64,000 nucleotides of DNA, from contig OX597822.1 of assembly GCA_951406725.2 (NCBI GenBank), forward strand, positions 94,426,001 to 94,490,000, written 5' to 3'. Both the position numbers and the translations under genes were made by a program. The notes under the pieces are model-generated. The model did no database searches and was not told the origin of the DNA. It worked only from the letters and a program-made list of their open reading frames with translations. Every line of letters begins with the position of its first letter. Within the stretch, counting starts at the first letter, position 1. Source of the stretch: Octopus vulgaris (taxonomy: Eukaryota). Of the stretch, positions 25,721 to 39,142 are shown in pieces.

Positions 25721-26039
25721 GGAGAAATTAAGATAAACAAAGTGTATATTATTATTAGTTCCTGCTTACATTTCACCAATGTAGTTATTTTGGAATTCTG
25801 CATCGGATCCTCCAAGTTTCAGAGAACTAAAACATTATTTCTCTGTAACATAATGTAATAAAGTATTCCCTGATGGTCCTTCCATTGTGGTGTTGAGGTG
25901 CATGGCTTAGTGGTTAGGGTGTTGAACTCATAATCACAAAAGTGTGGTTTTGATTCCTGGACTGGGCAATGTGTTGCATTCTTGAGCAAAACACGTCATT
26001 TCATGTTGCTCCAGTTTACTCAGTTGGCAAAAATGAGTA

Positions 26040-26470
26040 ATCACTGTCCATCATAGCATTACGGATGTCCTATTGCTGGATACCTGTATCCCTGGAGATT
26101 ACATCAAGATAGGAGAGTATGCGCCCTCTGGTATCGCGAGCAGATGGCTTCATTAGAGGAGAAGAGTAGGAATCACCTCGTTTTCAGCTCTACAACAATG
26201 TCCAGCAAACTGGACTCTTCTACCTTTCACAAGAGATGATACAGGTGGTAATTTCCCATATATTTGTACTTCGGTTGGATGACGCTTCCATGAGAGATTT
26301 TGAGCTCCCATAAGGAGACGAGTGTAAGTTCCATCCAACCGCCTCTCAAGCTTCTTTGATAACATTCAGGTTTCTGAGCCATATAGTAGAATTGGTTTGA
26401 CAGTGGCTTTGAAGATTTTAAGTTTGAAATCTCTACTTAGATTTGATGACCAGATTTTATGCATATCATT
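26040..26470 (-). mobile_element. RTE-related LINE fragment (same family as 393-811)
   Basis: LSKKLERRLDGTYTRLLMGAQNLSWKRHPT...QFAGHCCRAE. Confidence 0.85.
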
Positions 26471-27469
26471 ACATACATACATACATACATTTTCATGAAA
26501 CCCTTGAAATATTTCGTTTCAGGGAGAAAGAGCAAAGGAACTAACACATATTCTCCAAACCCAATGTGTTAGTGGCACAGTGAAAATTTGTAAGACATTC
26601 CAAAAATGCTCCCTGTGACATTCTTATGTGAATAGCTGCACACACTTTGGTGTATGTATTGACATTTCAACCAACACACCAACTCAACTACATATTTACA
26701 AACACCACAAACTCTCTTAGCTCAAAAAGTCTTGTCATTTTGTTGGTGACCGGCTTGAACTCTCCTAAGAACTTAAATAAAACTCAAAGAAAATTCATAC
26801 ACACACACATACATACATACATACATACATACATACATACATACATACATACATACATACATACATACACACAGACAGACAGGACCATTATAAAGTGCTC
26901 ATGTTGAAATGTTGTGAAATATGCACAAAAATCAATGTATTTTACAAGGCCATATCAATGCAGATCAAACATCAAAAATCAATAATTGCACAAAAAGAAA
27001 AAAGAAAAAAAATACTAAAATGATATTGAAATATTTTTTTTAAATATTTTAATTCATCCTCAAATTAAATATTTCTGAACTAACATTTCAATAGCATTGT
27101 TATTGTTATTATTGATATTAAATGTTTGATCTGCAGTGCTATAACCGTCAATAAAACATTGAATAAAAATTCTAAATGTATTTAAAAAAATTTTTTTTTA
27201 ACATTAGGTCTATAGATGACAGAATTAATCTGTTGAGAACATTTTGAAACCTGGTGCATCGATTTTATTGATGTCAGTTAAAAAGTTTATTATTATTGTT
27301 TATTAATTTTTGTTTTTAAATTTGGAAATTGTTTCAATTTTATTTTATGGGGGGACATGAAAAGATGACTGCTTATTTCTACTAAACCAGATACTGTAGG
27401 TGAATTACAGGCAAATATGATATGATTCTTAAAATGACTGAAAAAAAAAATCTGCTGTGAAATGTATGA

Positions 27470-27542
<73 letters not shown>

Positions 27543-28004
27543 CATCCATCTTCTCTGCCCACTATTCCTAGGTGGGTTGTTGGGGTCTGTAAGATCCTGT
27601 CAGCAGTAGCTATCATGAAATTTTCCAGCTGGATTCCCAAGCATGCTCAGCTGAGGTTACAGATATCGATTTCAAATTTTGGCACAAGGCCAGCAATTTC
27701 AGGAGAGAGGCTAAGTTGATTACATCAGCCTCTGTACTCAACTAGTACTTATTTTATCAACCCCGACCTGATGAAAAGCAAAGTTAACCTTGGTGGAGTT
27801 TGAACTCAGAATGTAAATATGGTTGAAATGCTGCTAAGCATTTTTCCCAGCATGCTAATGATTCTGCCAGCTTGCCACTTTACTGAGAATATAAATATTA
27901 TCCAAACATCTCATTCATGGTCTACTTCTAGGTCTCCTGCCAGCTGGAAAAATCTGAATTGTGATACTTTCCTGTCGCATTCAAATTCTATTTTTTTTTT
28001 CTAT

Positions 28005-28306
28005 GCCCTTTTTCAAACCTAGGCAGGCTCATGGGCCTGGTTTCCCGGTTTCTGTGGCATACGTGTTCCCCCCAGCTGGACGGGATGCCAGTCCATCGCA
28101 GCATTACTCAAGAAACAGGAAGAAAGAGTGAGAGTAAGTTGTGGCGAAAGAGTACAACAGGGGTCGCCACCACCCCCTGCCGGAGCCTTGTGGAGCTTTA
28201 AGTATTTTCACTCAATAAACACACACAACGCCCGGTCTCGGAATTGAAACCGCGATCCTCCGACCGCAAGTTCACTGCCCTAACCACTGGGCCATTGCAC
28301 CTCTAC
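28005..28306 (-). mobile_element. SINE family D
   Basis: Reverse complement of the copy at 31458-31770. Confidence 0.8.
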
Positions 28307-28504
28307 GTCCATAATGCTAGAGCTGCAACCTCTCATTTCAGAGAAGTAGCAGCTCAATATACACAGATTCCCTAATCTTTATCCTACACACCCTGTTGGG
28401 TAATGTTAGTCCAGAGACACTTTGGAGGAACCCCATTTAACATGCTTATATTTGCGATCATACTCTTTCAGTCACTACCCAGCACATGTGCCATACTCTC
28501 TCTC

Positions 28505-29723
28505 TTTTTGCTCTTTTACTTGTTTCAGTCATTCGACTGCGGCCATGCTGGAGCACCGCCTTTAGTCGAGCAAATCGACCCTGGGACTTATTCTTTGTAA
28601 GCCCAGTACTTATTCTATCGGTCTCTTTTGCCGAACCGCTAAGTTACGGGACGTAAACACACCAGCATCGGTTGTCAAGCAATGCTAGGGGGACAAACAC
28701 AGACACACAAACACACATACATATATATATATATACATATATACGACAGGCTTCTTTCAGTTTCCGTCTACCAAATCCACTCACAAGGCATTGGTCGGCC
28801 CGGGGCTATAGCAGAAGACACTTGCCCAAGATGCCACGCAGTGGGACTGAACCCGGAACCATGTGGCTGGTTAGCAAGCTACTTACCACACAGCCACTCC
28901 TGCGCCTCCATAGTTGAGAATAAGTAAAGAAATTTAAGGATAGCATGTTTGGCTTTTTAACCAGCATCTCCTCTGATCTATATTTAAAAGATGAGGAATT
29001 ATGTACATTCTTTTACTCTTTTACTCTTTTAATTGTTTCAGTCATTTGACTGTGGCCATGCTGGAGCATCGCCTTTAGTCGAGTAAATCGACCCCAGGAC
29101 TTATTCTTTGTAAGCCCAGGACTTATTCTTTGTAAGCCTAGTACTTATTCTATCAGCCACTTATGCTGAACCGCTAAGTTACGGGGATGTAAACACACCA
29201 GCATCAGTTGTCAAGCAATGTTGGGGGGACAAACACAGACATACAAACATACACACACACACACATATATATATATATACGACAGGCTTCTTTCAGTTTC
29301 CGTCTACCAAATCCACTCACAAGGCTTAGGTTGGCCCGAGGCTATAGTAGAAGACACTTGCCCAAGATGCCACACAGTGGGACTGAACCCAGAACCATGT
29401 GGTTGGTAAGCAAGCTATTTACCACACAGCCACTATTATTTACATTTGACGGATATTTGTCCTCATCTAGTTTGTTGTTAAAACAACATTTTGGCTGATA
29501 TACCCTCTTTCACTCTTTTACTTGCTGCAGTTGCTTGACTGTGGCCATGCTGGAGCACCGCCTTTAGTCAAGCAAATCGACCCCAGGACTTATTCTTTGT
29601 AAGCCTAGTACTTATTCTATCGGTCTCTTTTGCCAAACTGCTAAGTTACGGGGGCATAAACACACCAGCATCGGTTGTCAAGCAATGTTAGGGGGACAAA
29701 CACAGACACAGACACACAAACGA

Positions 29724-29759
<36 letters not shown>

Positions 29760-29956
29760 ACATATATATATATATATATATACATATATATGACGGGCTT
29801 CTTTCAGTTTCCATCTACCAAATCCGCTCACAAGGCTTAGGTCGGCCCAAGGCTATAGTAGAAGACACTTGCCCAAGGTGCCATGCAGTGGGACCGAATC
29901 TGGAACCATGTGGTTGGTAAGCAAGCTACTTACCACACAGCCACTTCTACGCCTAC
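28505..29956 (-). mobile_element. Cluster of three family A SINEs (~28505-28908, 29010-29435, 29508-29956) interrupting a fragment of the HHR-bearing SINE-like element
   Basis: Three family A reverse complements. The spacers ~28978-29010 and 29437-29507 match 48515-48622. Confidence 0.85.
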
Positions 29957-30234
29957 AAGCTTTGTTTAAAAATACAATAAATTCTTTCATTCTACTACAT
30001 TTCTCTTTTACTTGTTGTAGTCATTGGATGGCACCCATGTTGCTGCACAGCCTTGTAGGGTTAATTGAACAAATCAATCGCAGCATTTGCTTTTTTTTTT
30101 TTTTTTAATTTGGTTCTTACTCTATTAGTTTCATTGCTGAAGCATTGAGTTGCTGGAATATGAACAAACCAACACCAAATGTCAAACAGTGTAAGGACAA
30201 AGATAAAAACATGCACATGTGCACAGTCATACAC

Positions 30235-30849
30235 ACATCACCATCATCATCATCATCATCGTCATCATCGTCATCATCATCATCATCATCATCATCAACC
30301 TCATCATCATCATCAACCTCATCATCATCATCATCACTGTCATCATCATCAACCTCATCATCGTCGTTATCATCATCATCATCATCATCGCTGTCATCAT
30401 TATCATCATCGTTGTCATCATCATCATCGTCGTCATCATCATTATTGTCATCATCATCATCATCATCATCGTCATTGTCATCATCATCATCGTCATCCTC
30501 ATCATCATCATTGTCATCATCATCATCATCATCGTCATTGTCATCATCATCATCGTCATCATCATCATCATTGTCATCATCATCATTGTCATCGTCTCAT
30601 CATCATCGTCGTTATATCATCATCATCATTGTCATTGTCATCATCATCATCATCATCATTGTCATCATCATCATCGTCGTCATCATCATCATCATTGTCA
30701 TCATCGTCGTCATCATCATCATCATCCTCGTCATTGTCATCATCATCATCGTCATCATCATCATCATCGTCATCGTCATCATCATCATTATCATCATCGT
30801 TATCATCATCATCATCATCGTCATTGTCATCATCATCATCGTTGTCATT

Positions 30850-30885
<36 letters not shown>

Positions 30886-30900
30886 GTCATGATTATCATT
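30235..30900. repeat. Long imperfect (CAT)n microsatellite
   Basis: Direct reading of the sequence. Confidence 0.95.
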
Positions 30901-31094
30901 TAATTTCTGTTTTCCATGCTGGTAGGGATAGATGTTTTAACTAGATCTGACAACAAGTCACCAAAGTGCATCAGCCCCCGTATACACAACACAGCACACA
31001 CACACACATACAAATATATAAACAGCAGACTTCCACATAGTTTTTTACCTAGCAAATTTACTCACAAGACATTGGCTCTCATGGGGCTATAATA

Positions 31095-31344
31095 TTGGGT
31101 TGGTGCATAATTATTGCGGCTTTTTATCAACAAATTTTATTCAACAAAAACAATAACAATATTTAATAAAAACATCTTTAAATGACAGTCTGACCGGCTG
31201 CCAAGCAAATGGGAAGCAGTAATTGAAGTAGATGCTGAACATGCTCCGGAATAATCATTTAAAGATGCTTTTGTTACATGTTGTTATTGGTTTTGTTGAA
31301 TAGAATTTGTTGAAAAAAAGCTGCAATAATTATGCACCAACCAA
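31095..31344 (+). mobile_element. mariner-derived MITE
   Basis: TA|TTGGGTTGGTGCATAATTATTGC...GCAATAATTATGCACCAACCAA|TA, ~90 bp TIRs. Centre encodes DRLPSKWEAVIEVDAE, a transposase C-terminus. Confidence 0.85.
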
Positions 31345-31457
31345 TAGAAAACACTTGCCCAGGGTACTGCACAATAGGATTGAACATGAAACCAGCTGGT
31401 TATGAAATGAACTTCTTAATCACACAACCCTATTTGCACCAATTACAAAGGTATTTT

Positions 31458-31770
31458 GTGGAGGCACAATGGTCCAGTGGTTAGGGCAGCGGACTCGTGG
31501 TCGGAGGATCACAGTTTCGATTCCCAGATCGGGCGTTGCGTGCATTTATTGAGTGAAAACACCTGAAGCTCCACAAGCAGGGCTTGGTGGTGGTGACCCC
31601 TGTTGTACTCTTTCGCCCCCAACTTTCTCTCACTCTCTCTTCCTGTTTCTTGTGTAACGCTGCGATGGACTGGCGTCCCGTCCAGCTGGGGGGAACACAT
31701 ATGCCACAGAAACCGGGAAACCGGGCCCATGAGCCTGGCTAGGCTTGAAAAGGGTGCATAAATAAATAAA
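31458..31770 (+). mobile_element. SINE family D
   Basis: A-box TGGTCCAGTGG, B-box GTTTCGATTCC, A-rich tail. Confidence 0.8.
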
Positions 31771-32028
31771 AAAAAGTAGGTCTTAATTTATTGCTATGCT
31801 GCCCATAAAAATATTGGTTAATCATGCACGCACCTTCTTTAATTGAAGACTGTTATATAGTGAAAGTCTCATTTGTTACTATTGTGACAGCAGTTTGCCT
31901 ATCTTTCATACACACACATACACGCACATACACACATAGACACACTCACTCACTCTCCCTCTCGCCGTGTTTCTCTCAACAACTGCAACAATGAGCTGAT
32001 TTTTTTCTTGAAATAAATTTTAATTCTA

Positions 32029-32066
<38 letters not shown>

Positions 32067-32730
32067 ACACACACATACTCTTTCTCTTCTCTCTCTTTCT
32101 CACAGAATTTCTTTCACAATGTCAACAACCTGCCATTATTGTGAAAGTTGTTTTTCTAAAGTATGTGTTGTACTGACTCTATGTTGAAAGACATACAGAA
32201 ACACACACACACATGCACACACACACACTCACTCACACACACGCACACTTACACACACACACACACGCACACACACAACAAACAAACAAACAAACACACA
32301 CATAGAAATATATCCGCAGACACACACACATACACACAGAAATACACACACACATACACACAGAAACAAACACACACACACACGCAAACAAACAAACACA
32401 CACACATAGAAATATATCCGCAGACACACACACATACACACAGAAATACACACACACACACACAAACAACCAAAACAATATCTATATTGTTATATAATGA
32501 AAGACTTTCTTTTTAAGCTATGTTGTGTTGACAGACTTGCAATTCCTGAATTTATTTTTTATTAAAATTTGTTAGTTACTGTGGTGACAACACTGTCTAT
32601 CTTTCTATCTGTCTGTCTGTCTGTCTGTCTGTCTGTGTCTCTCTGTCTCTCTCTCTCTGTCTCTCTCTCTCTCTCTCTTTCTCTCTCCTTCTCTCTATTA
32701 TGCTGGCAAAATTGTTAGTATGCCGAGCAA

Positions 32731-32801
<71 letters not shown>

Positions 32802-33042
32802 TATATGCACGTATATATAGCCATGTTAAAGTGGCTACGAATATTACTTGTCGGTACAAGTACTGTTTTGATCTCTTAGAGAGATTTTAGAACTAACATT
32901 TTTGCATATATATATGTGTATGTTTATATATATATATGCTTATATATATACATACTGGCATTTTTGCTTAATGATGACGATGATGTTGATGTATATGTAT
33001 ATGTATACTATATATATATACTATATATACTATGTGTATGTG

Positions 33043-33080
<38 letters not shown>

Positions 33081-33186
33081 CTATATAGTATATATATACA
33101 TACTAGCATTTTTGCTTAATGGCAATGATGCTATTGGTGTATATATTCATATATATATATGTTGAAAATGGGGAAGGCTGGTTTAT

Positions 33187-33244
33187 GGGATTACCTTATC
33201 CCATCCCATAAAGGCTTTAGCTTTATAGCGTATCATCAGACCCC
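33187..33244 (-). ncRNA. Degenerate type I hammerhead 3' of a PLE endonuclease
   Basis: GGGGT-CTGATGA-T-ACGCT-ATAA-AGCT-AAAG(GAAA decayed)-CCTT...AAGG-TA^ATCCC. Stems I and III are retained. Confidence 0.55.
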
Positions 33245-33404
33245 AAAAACCTGTTGGCCTATGACCTCTTATAAACATGGAGGGGGAAATGCCTCACTAC
33301 TCAAAAGTAACAATTGGGAGCTATCTCCCTTTGTTATTGGCTATTGACTTCTGGCTGTGCCACCATCTTGTGGGCTCCAAAAACCTAGCATAAACCTCCT
33401 GAAA

Positions 33405-33690
33405 TGTAAATATGGCCTGAAAAATCTCCATTCTGCAGTTAAGGATGTTCCCTGGTTCGAGTGAGACTTTTAGGATTCTTGCACACTCAGCTATGTATAA
33501 CTTGCAACGCTTCGTCCCATTGATGTAGGTGCCTGAGTTCTTCAGTATTTTCCATGAGATCGAGTATGGAATCCCATTGTCTCTTAGTTGCCAGACGTGA
33601 CTGGCTAGTGATGTTACCTATCTCCTTTCCAGAACTCTGAAGGAGGATCTGTGGTTGGAGAGACGTTGCTTGAAAGAGTTCCTAGAACAT
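33405..33690 (-). mobile_element. Penelope-like element, GIY-YIG endonuclease relic
   Basis: Manual translation NSFKQRLSNHRSSF...TSLASHVWQLRDNGIPYSISWKILKNSGTYINGTKRCKLYIAE...ILNCRMEIF. Confidence 0.8.
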
Positions 33691-33814
33691 CAAATGTATC
33701 TCTGTGGGTGTGTGTCATCAGTGCTGCACCTGCTGGTATTGCTATTGTTGTTGCTGCTGCTGCCACCTACATTGTTGTTGTTAGAGCTGGGACTGCTAGT
33801 GTTGGCATCATTAA

Positions 33815-34034
33815 CCCTTTAGCATTCAGATTACTCTGTCAAATGTAAAGTCTGCTTAATCACATTGTTTTAAATTAATTGTACATCATCTTGTAACTCT
33901 GAGATTTTGATGATGTCCCTGTTTATTTTTAGAATGACTTTGTAGGGTAGGTGTGAGAGGTCAGAGCTGGCTGATTTGAGCATAAAACAGGAAGACAATT
34001 TTGGCCTGGTATGGCCGGTTTAAACACTAAAGAG
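33815..34034 (+). mobile_element. piggyBac-like MITE
   Basis: Homologous to 3401-3612. Starts TTAA|CCCTTTAGCATTCAG. Confidence 0.7.
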
Positions 34035-34388
34035 TTGGTATCACCACAGCCGATTATGGTGAAGGCACTGTTGTTGTTCATATTGTTGTCCTCGTCATTG
34101 GTGGAAGAGATGCCATTGCTGCTAGAAGTGTCATTAGCTGTGATTCCACTGGTGTTTATGCTAGGGCCACTATCGCTGCTGCTGCTATTATTGCCATTAT
34201 AGCTGGTGGTGGCACTGGGCCTGTTGCTGCTGCTATAGGCTTTATCAGGTCTGCTACTGTAGACTTTAGGGAAGCCATTGGTAATGCTGGTGGTGATGGC
34301 GATGCTACTGTTATTGTTAGTGTTGTTGTCATCGGGGGAACTGCCAATGTTGTTGCTGGTGCTGTTATTGCTATTGTTGGTAATGTTG

Positions 34389-34700
34389 TTAACTGTTGGG
34401 CTCTAGCATGTAGATGTGGTCCTTAACTCTGCTGGTAGCCAGGACCTCATTGTAGTATGGGGCCATTGTGTCAAAAATCTCTTGATCGGAGGAAAGGATC
34501 GTGATCCTCTTACTAACACCCTTTACTAGTTTTTGAACACAATGGGTGGGTGGGTGGCAGGGGGCTGTGTTGATGTACATTAGCCTATCATTTGGTTTGC
34601 AGTAGGGCCTGTTTGTACCGGAACCCAAGTTGAGTGTGATGTCTAAGAAGTCCATGGTTCTGAGGTTGGTCTCTATGGTGATTTTCAATCCCATGGAGCA
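34389..34700 (-). mobile_element. Penelope-like element, RT palm/thumb relic
   Basis: GLKITIETNLRTMDFLDITLNL...PYCKPND...YINTAPCHPP...SKRITILSSDQEIFDTMAPYYNEVL, the FLD / Y.KP / HPP pattern of PLE RT. Confidence 0.85.
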
Positions 34701-34819
34701 TGCTAATTTGACCTTGCACACTCCCACACCTACTCAAGCACATAATACCTGACCATAGACAATATATACTTCCACACAAGCACATAATATTTGAACACAG
34801 ACTATATATAAACATATAA

Positions 34820-35248
34820 ACAGGAGTGGCTGTGTGGTAAGTAGCTTGCTTACCAACTACATGGTTCCGGGTTCAGTCCCACTGCATGGCACCTTGGGTA
34901 AGTGTCTTCTACTATAGCCTTGGGCCGACCAAAGCCTTGTGAGTGGATTTGGTAGACGGAAACTGAAAGAAGCCTGTCATATATATCTATATATATATAT
35001 ATATATATATATGAATATATGTGCGTGTTTGTGTGTCTGTGTTTGTCCCCCCAGCATCGCTTGACAACTGATGCTGGTGTGTTTACGTCCCCGTAACTTA
35101 GCGGTTTGGCAAAAACGAGACCGATAAAATAAGTACTAGGCTTACAAAGAATAAGTCCTGGGGTCGATTTTCTCGACTAAAGGTGGTGCTCCAGCATGGC
35201 CACAGTCACATGACTGAAACAAGTAAAAGAGTAAAAGAGAGTAAGAGT
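34820..35248 (+). mobile_element. SINE family A
   Basis: Full family A sequence. Confidence 0.85.
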
Positions 35249-35338
35249 ATACACATACATGCAGCACACATAGACAAAGATAACTTTCACCCACATACAT
35301 ACACTATGCACATGCACACTATTTGGTCACAGTGACAC

Positions 35339-35369
<31 letters not shown>

Positions 35370-35370
35370 A

Positions 35371-35403
<33 letters not shown>

Positions 35404-36038
35404 CACAAGTCAGTTCAAATATGTTTGTAACGTATTTCACCTGAAAAAAAGGTCATTTTTTCACTTTAGATTTTCATGGAGAAAATTCTTGCTTTAGGCA
35501 ACAAATGTCAAAATGCTATCGGTCATCTCAGGGCACCCTCTGGTAGACAGATAAATGGTTTAGAAATTTGTTCATTTCACAACACTGCTTAGTGTGCATA
35601 ATATACAATTTATTCAAGTCTGGTGGCTGATCACACGTAGTCAGAAAATAGCTTTTACTGATTGTTATGAAGGAAGTTGTAGCTTTCTAAGTTATTTCAG
35701 GGTTGTCAATTTTGTGTAGTATCTGGTACTGATGATTGCTAAATAACTAGAAATGTAGTTATCAGTCTACTGAAGAGCATCTATGATAAGTAATGGTGTT
35801 GTGGCATCTATTGTTTAAGACAAGAATATTTTTTTAATTTCTTCTTTTGATATGTAATTCCTCAGCAAAATCATTGCCCAGTACTTTTCATCGCTTACGC
35901 ATACCTTACACAAATATAACATCTACATATAATTTTGTTGTATTGGAATAAGTAGATATACTTCAAGAAGACACAGCTTAGATTATAACCCTATCTACAT
36001 ACTATATACATACATACATACATACATACATACATACA

Positions 36039-36070
<32 letters not shown>

Positions 36071-36103
36071 CATACATACATATATATATATATACATATA
36101 TAT

Positions 36104-37266
36104 ATCTTGTTGAAAGGCATAAGGCCTTCTATTGCATACACTGTTGATCCAAGGCTTAACAACTTTATCAAGAACCTCAACATAAGCAGCAGCATTCTCC
36201 CTAAGGCCATGTGGAAAAAAGCGAGGAGGCATCACATATCCTTCATTGCTAACAACACCCAAAACCATCACATTTGCAGGAAATTTCGTGGGCATTACTC
36301 TTGGAACCTCAGAAGCATCTGCACATAGCCATCTGTCATTTCTTCTGTTAGTTTTCTGGTCTTGGTCAAAGTTTTCCTCATCTGAGAAAAACCATATCAC
36401 ATCATCTTCTGATGGATTTTTAAGATTATCCAAAAGTCTTTTCGATCTGATTAAATGGTTTTCTTTTGTTTTTTCTGACATGAATTGACCTCTCCTCGTC
36501 ATATAATTTTTGTGCTTGATGGCTTCATGCACAACATTTCTGATTGTTTCTTTTGACAAACAAAATTTTTTTTTTCACTTTATTTCACGTTGCTCCATTT
36601 CACTCAGCTGTAGAAATGAGTTGCGACGTCACAGGTGCCAAGCTGTATCGGCCCCTTTGCCTTTCCTTTGGATAACACTTGTGGCGTGGAGAGGGGCAGG
36701 CTGGTATGCATGGGCGACTGCTGGTCTTCCATAAACAACCTTGCCCGGACTTGTGCCTGGGATGATAACTTTCAAGGTGCAATCCCATGGTCATTCATGA
36801 CAAATGGGGGTCCCAATAATAAGAACCCAGTATGTTGATAATATCTTCATAATCTATTTGCATATGCATATATCATTGACCAACCAACACATCTGCTTGC
36901 ATGCCTGCTTTCTTGTCTAGTTATCTATCTATTATTGCTTTTCCTGAGTTGTCTTCAATAATTTGCTTAACTTCCTGAATAAATTCAGGAGTCCTGATAG
37001 AATCAGAGCATTTAGAATGTTTTTTACATTTTGATACAGGTAATACGCTTCCATCTCCTTTCACTAACGCACATCAAATCTTGTTGACAAAAGATCTTGC
37101 AACTTTCAGAAAATTTCTAAATCACCATGCTTAGCCTTCAAAGCCACAATCATTAGTAAGCATAGGGCCTGCCATTGTTATTTTCTGAAATAGAAGTTCA
37201 ATAAAAATTAGTCAAATAAAATAATGACTAAAAATGCATGTGTCCTCAAATACCATCCACACCCTG
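36104..37266 (-). mobile_element. Tc1/mariner-superfamily (maT/DD37D-like) transposon relic, interrupted at ~36565-36930
   Basis: WFFSDEENFDQDQKTNRRNDRWL...VMVLGVVSNEG...VKPWI...YAFQQD. N-terminal part (SIRTPEFIQEV) lies at 36935-37160. Terminus CAGGGTGTGGATGG near 37266. Confidence 0.8.
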
Positions 37267-37287
37267 TGTGCATGTGTGTGTGTGTGC

Positions 37288-37373
<86 letters not shown>

Positions 37374-37507
37374 TTCTGGGAATGGTGAAACTTGAAGCAG
37401 ACAAAACTATAAATAAAAACATGTAAATATTGGGTTAAAAACCCTTTGGATAGAAAAAGTCAAAAGCTGCCTGTGGTCAATGATGTGTGTGTGTGCGTGC
37501 ATATATG

Positions 37508-37566
<59 letters not shown>

Positions 37567-38326
37567 TGTGTGTGAAGAACAGGACAGTGAAAGAGATGGA
37601 GAAAAAGAAAGAGCAATTATAAACATTTTTGCTTACAATTTTTAAATTTTCTTCCACATTTCCGCATTCTTTCGTATATCTTTGGAATAAGAATAAAATT
37701 TATCCACAATGTATAATGTTATATGGTGATTGCAGATCTTCAATGCCTTAAGGACATTGCTGACCTTTGGAATTAATTCAGTTCAATAGATTACTCTTTA
37801 ATACAATAGAATTAATAGAATAAACTTAACAAGATAGCTACAACAGAATGTTATATAACAGTCCTTGCTTTTCATTGGCTGTTTCCAGAATTGGGATTTC
37901 CTCACACATTGTCAAAAATGTAGCTATATTTTCTCATTGTATTAATTGTACATTGACTTTTGATTTCTATTTGGCTATTAGAATTTTTTCCAAAGCAATA
38001 TTCTGCAGTAGTGAGGTTTTCTGCAGACTAATATTTGTGTTTATTATGTTAAATTTTTTGTAATGTTCTATAATGTCTTAAAACAGAGTTGGTGTATGGC
38101 TTTCTGTTTTATATCCAAAGTTTTGTAGTATATATATTATTGACAGAAGCAATTTTAATATCAAGAAGTAATATTTATTCCCACATGAACACAGATGTTC
38201 TGTTAGAACAAACTATACAGCAGTAGATATCAAGAGAGAAACTCTCATATTGGCTTTTGGTACAAAATGCCCTCTTGTTTAATTTGGCTGCATGGAAATA
38301 AATCCCTACCAATTCCAGCTCCAAGA

Positions 38327-38373
38327 CCACCAGATCATGTGTTTTTGACTTTCCTTGTTCTGATCAATGATGG
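38327..38373 (-). ncRNA. Degenerate hammerhead, monomer 1
   Basis: CCATCA-TTGATCA-GAAC-AAGGAA-AGTC-AAAA-ACACATGA-TC^TGGTGG. Core positions 8 and 12 are mutated. Confidence 0.6.
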
Positions 38374-38666
38374 CTGCTCGACTGCTAGATATAGCAGTGA
38401 TTCATCTCCACGCTAGTGATATATAGAAAATCAATGCCATACAGACACTGGTGTTGCCATTAGCCAGTGACTTCGTTAAAATATATATATTAATGACAGA
38501 GGTAATATCAATATAGAGAGGTAATATTTATTCCCACTTAAGCATGGAAGTTCTGTTGGAACAAACTTTACTGTGGTAGATACTACGAGGCTTTTCGTTC
38601 AAAATGCACAGCTATTTATATCACTAGTGGGGAGAACCCCCCCCCCCCCCAACACCAGCACCAAGA

Positions 38667-38713
38667 TTACCAGATCACATGATTTTGACCTTCCCTAGTC
38701 TCATCAATGATGG
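38667..38713 (-). ncRNA. Hammerhead, monomer 2 (G12A)
   Basis: CCATCA-TTGATGA-GACT-AGGGAA-GGTC-AAAA-TCATGTGA-TC^TGGTAA. Confidence 0.7.
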
Positions 38714-39095
38714 ACGCTCAACAGTAAGAGGTAGCAAAGATTCATTTCCCAGCCAGCAATATATAGAAAATCAGTCCCAGAACAGGCACTGGTGTTGCGA
38801 TTAGCCAGTAAGCTTGTTAGAAACATATATATTAGCAACAGAGACCATATTAATACCAAGAGGTAATATTTATTCCCACTTAAACATGGATGTCCTGTTG
38901 GAACAGACTATACTGTGGTAGATACCATGAGAGAAACTGTTATTTAGGCTTTTGGTGCAAAATGCACTCTTGGTTAAATCACTTGTGGGGAGATAAATCT
39001 CCACCACCTCTAGTGCAAAGACCATCAGATCACCTTCCAATCACCTTCAGACCATCAGATTTCAACCTTCCTTCATTCCATCCATGGTTGGGTAT

Positions 39096-39142
39096 CCATC
39101 ATTGATGAGACCAAGGAAGGTCGAAATCACGTGATCTGGTAG
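39096..39142 (+). ncRNA. Type I hammerhead ribozyme, intact U3-variant core
   Basis: CCATCA-TTGATGA-GACC-AAGGAA-GGTC-GAAA-TCACGTGA-TC^TGGTAG. Palindromic stem III (ATCACGTGAT), AUC triplet, predicted cut after 39136. Confidence 0.85.

Noticed and set aside
26930-27165. ~45 bp imperfect inverted repeat
   Set aside because: No ribozyme core or TSD is recognisable. It is probably a decayed MITE.
30145-30944. Long poly-Ser/His/Ile/Met ORFs
   Set aside because: These are translations of an imperfect (CAT)n microsatellite, open in several frames, with no splice or domain evidence.
33690-34390. Ala/Thr/Val-rich short ORFs
   Set aside because: This is a degenerate GCT/GTT trinucleotide tract with an inserted MITE and no sustained frame.
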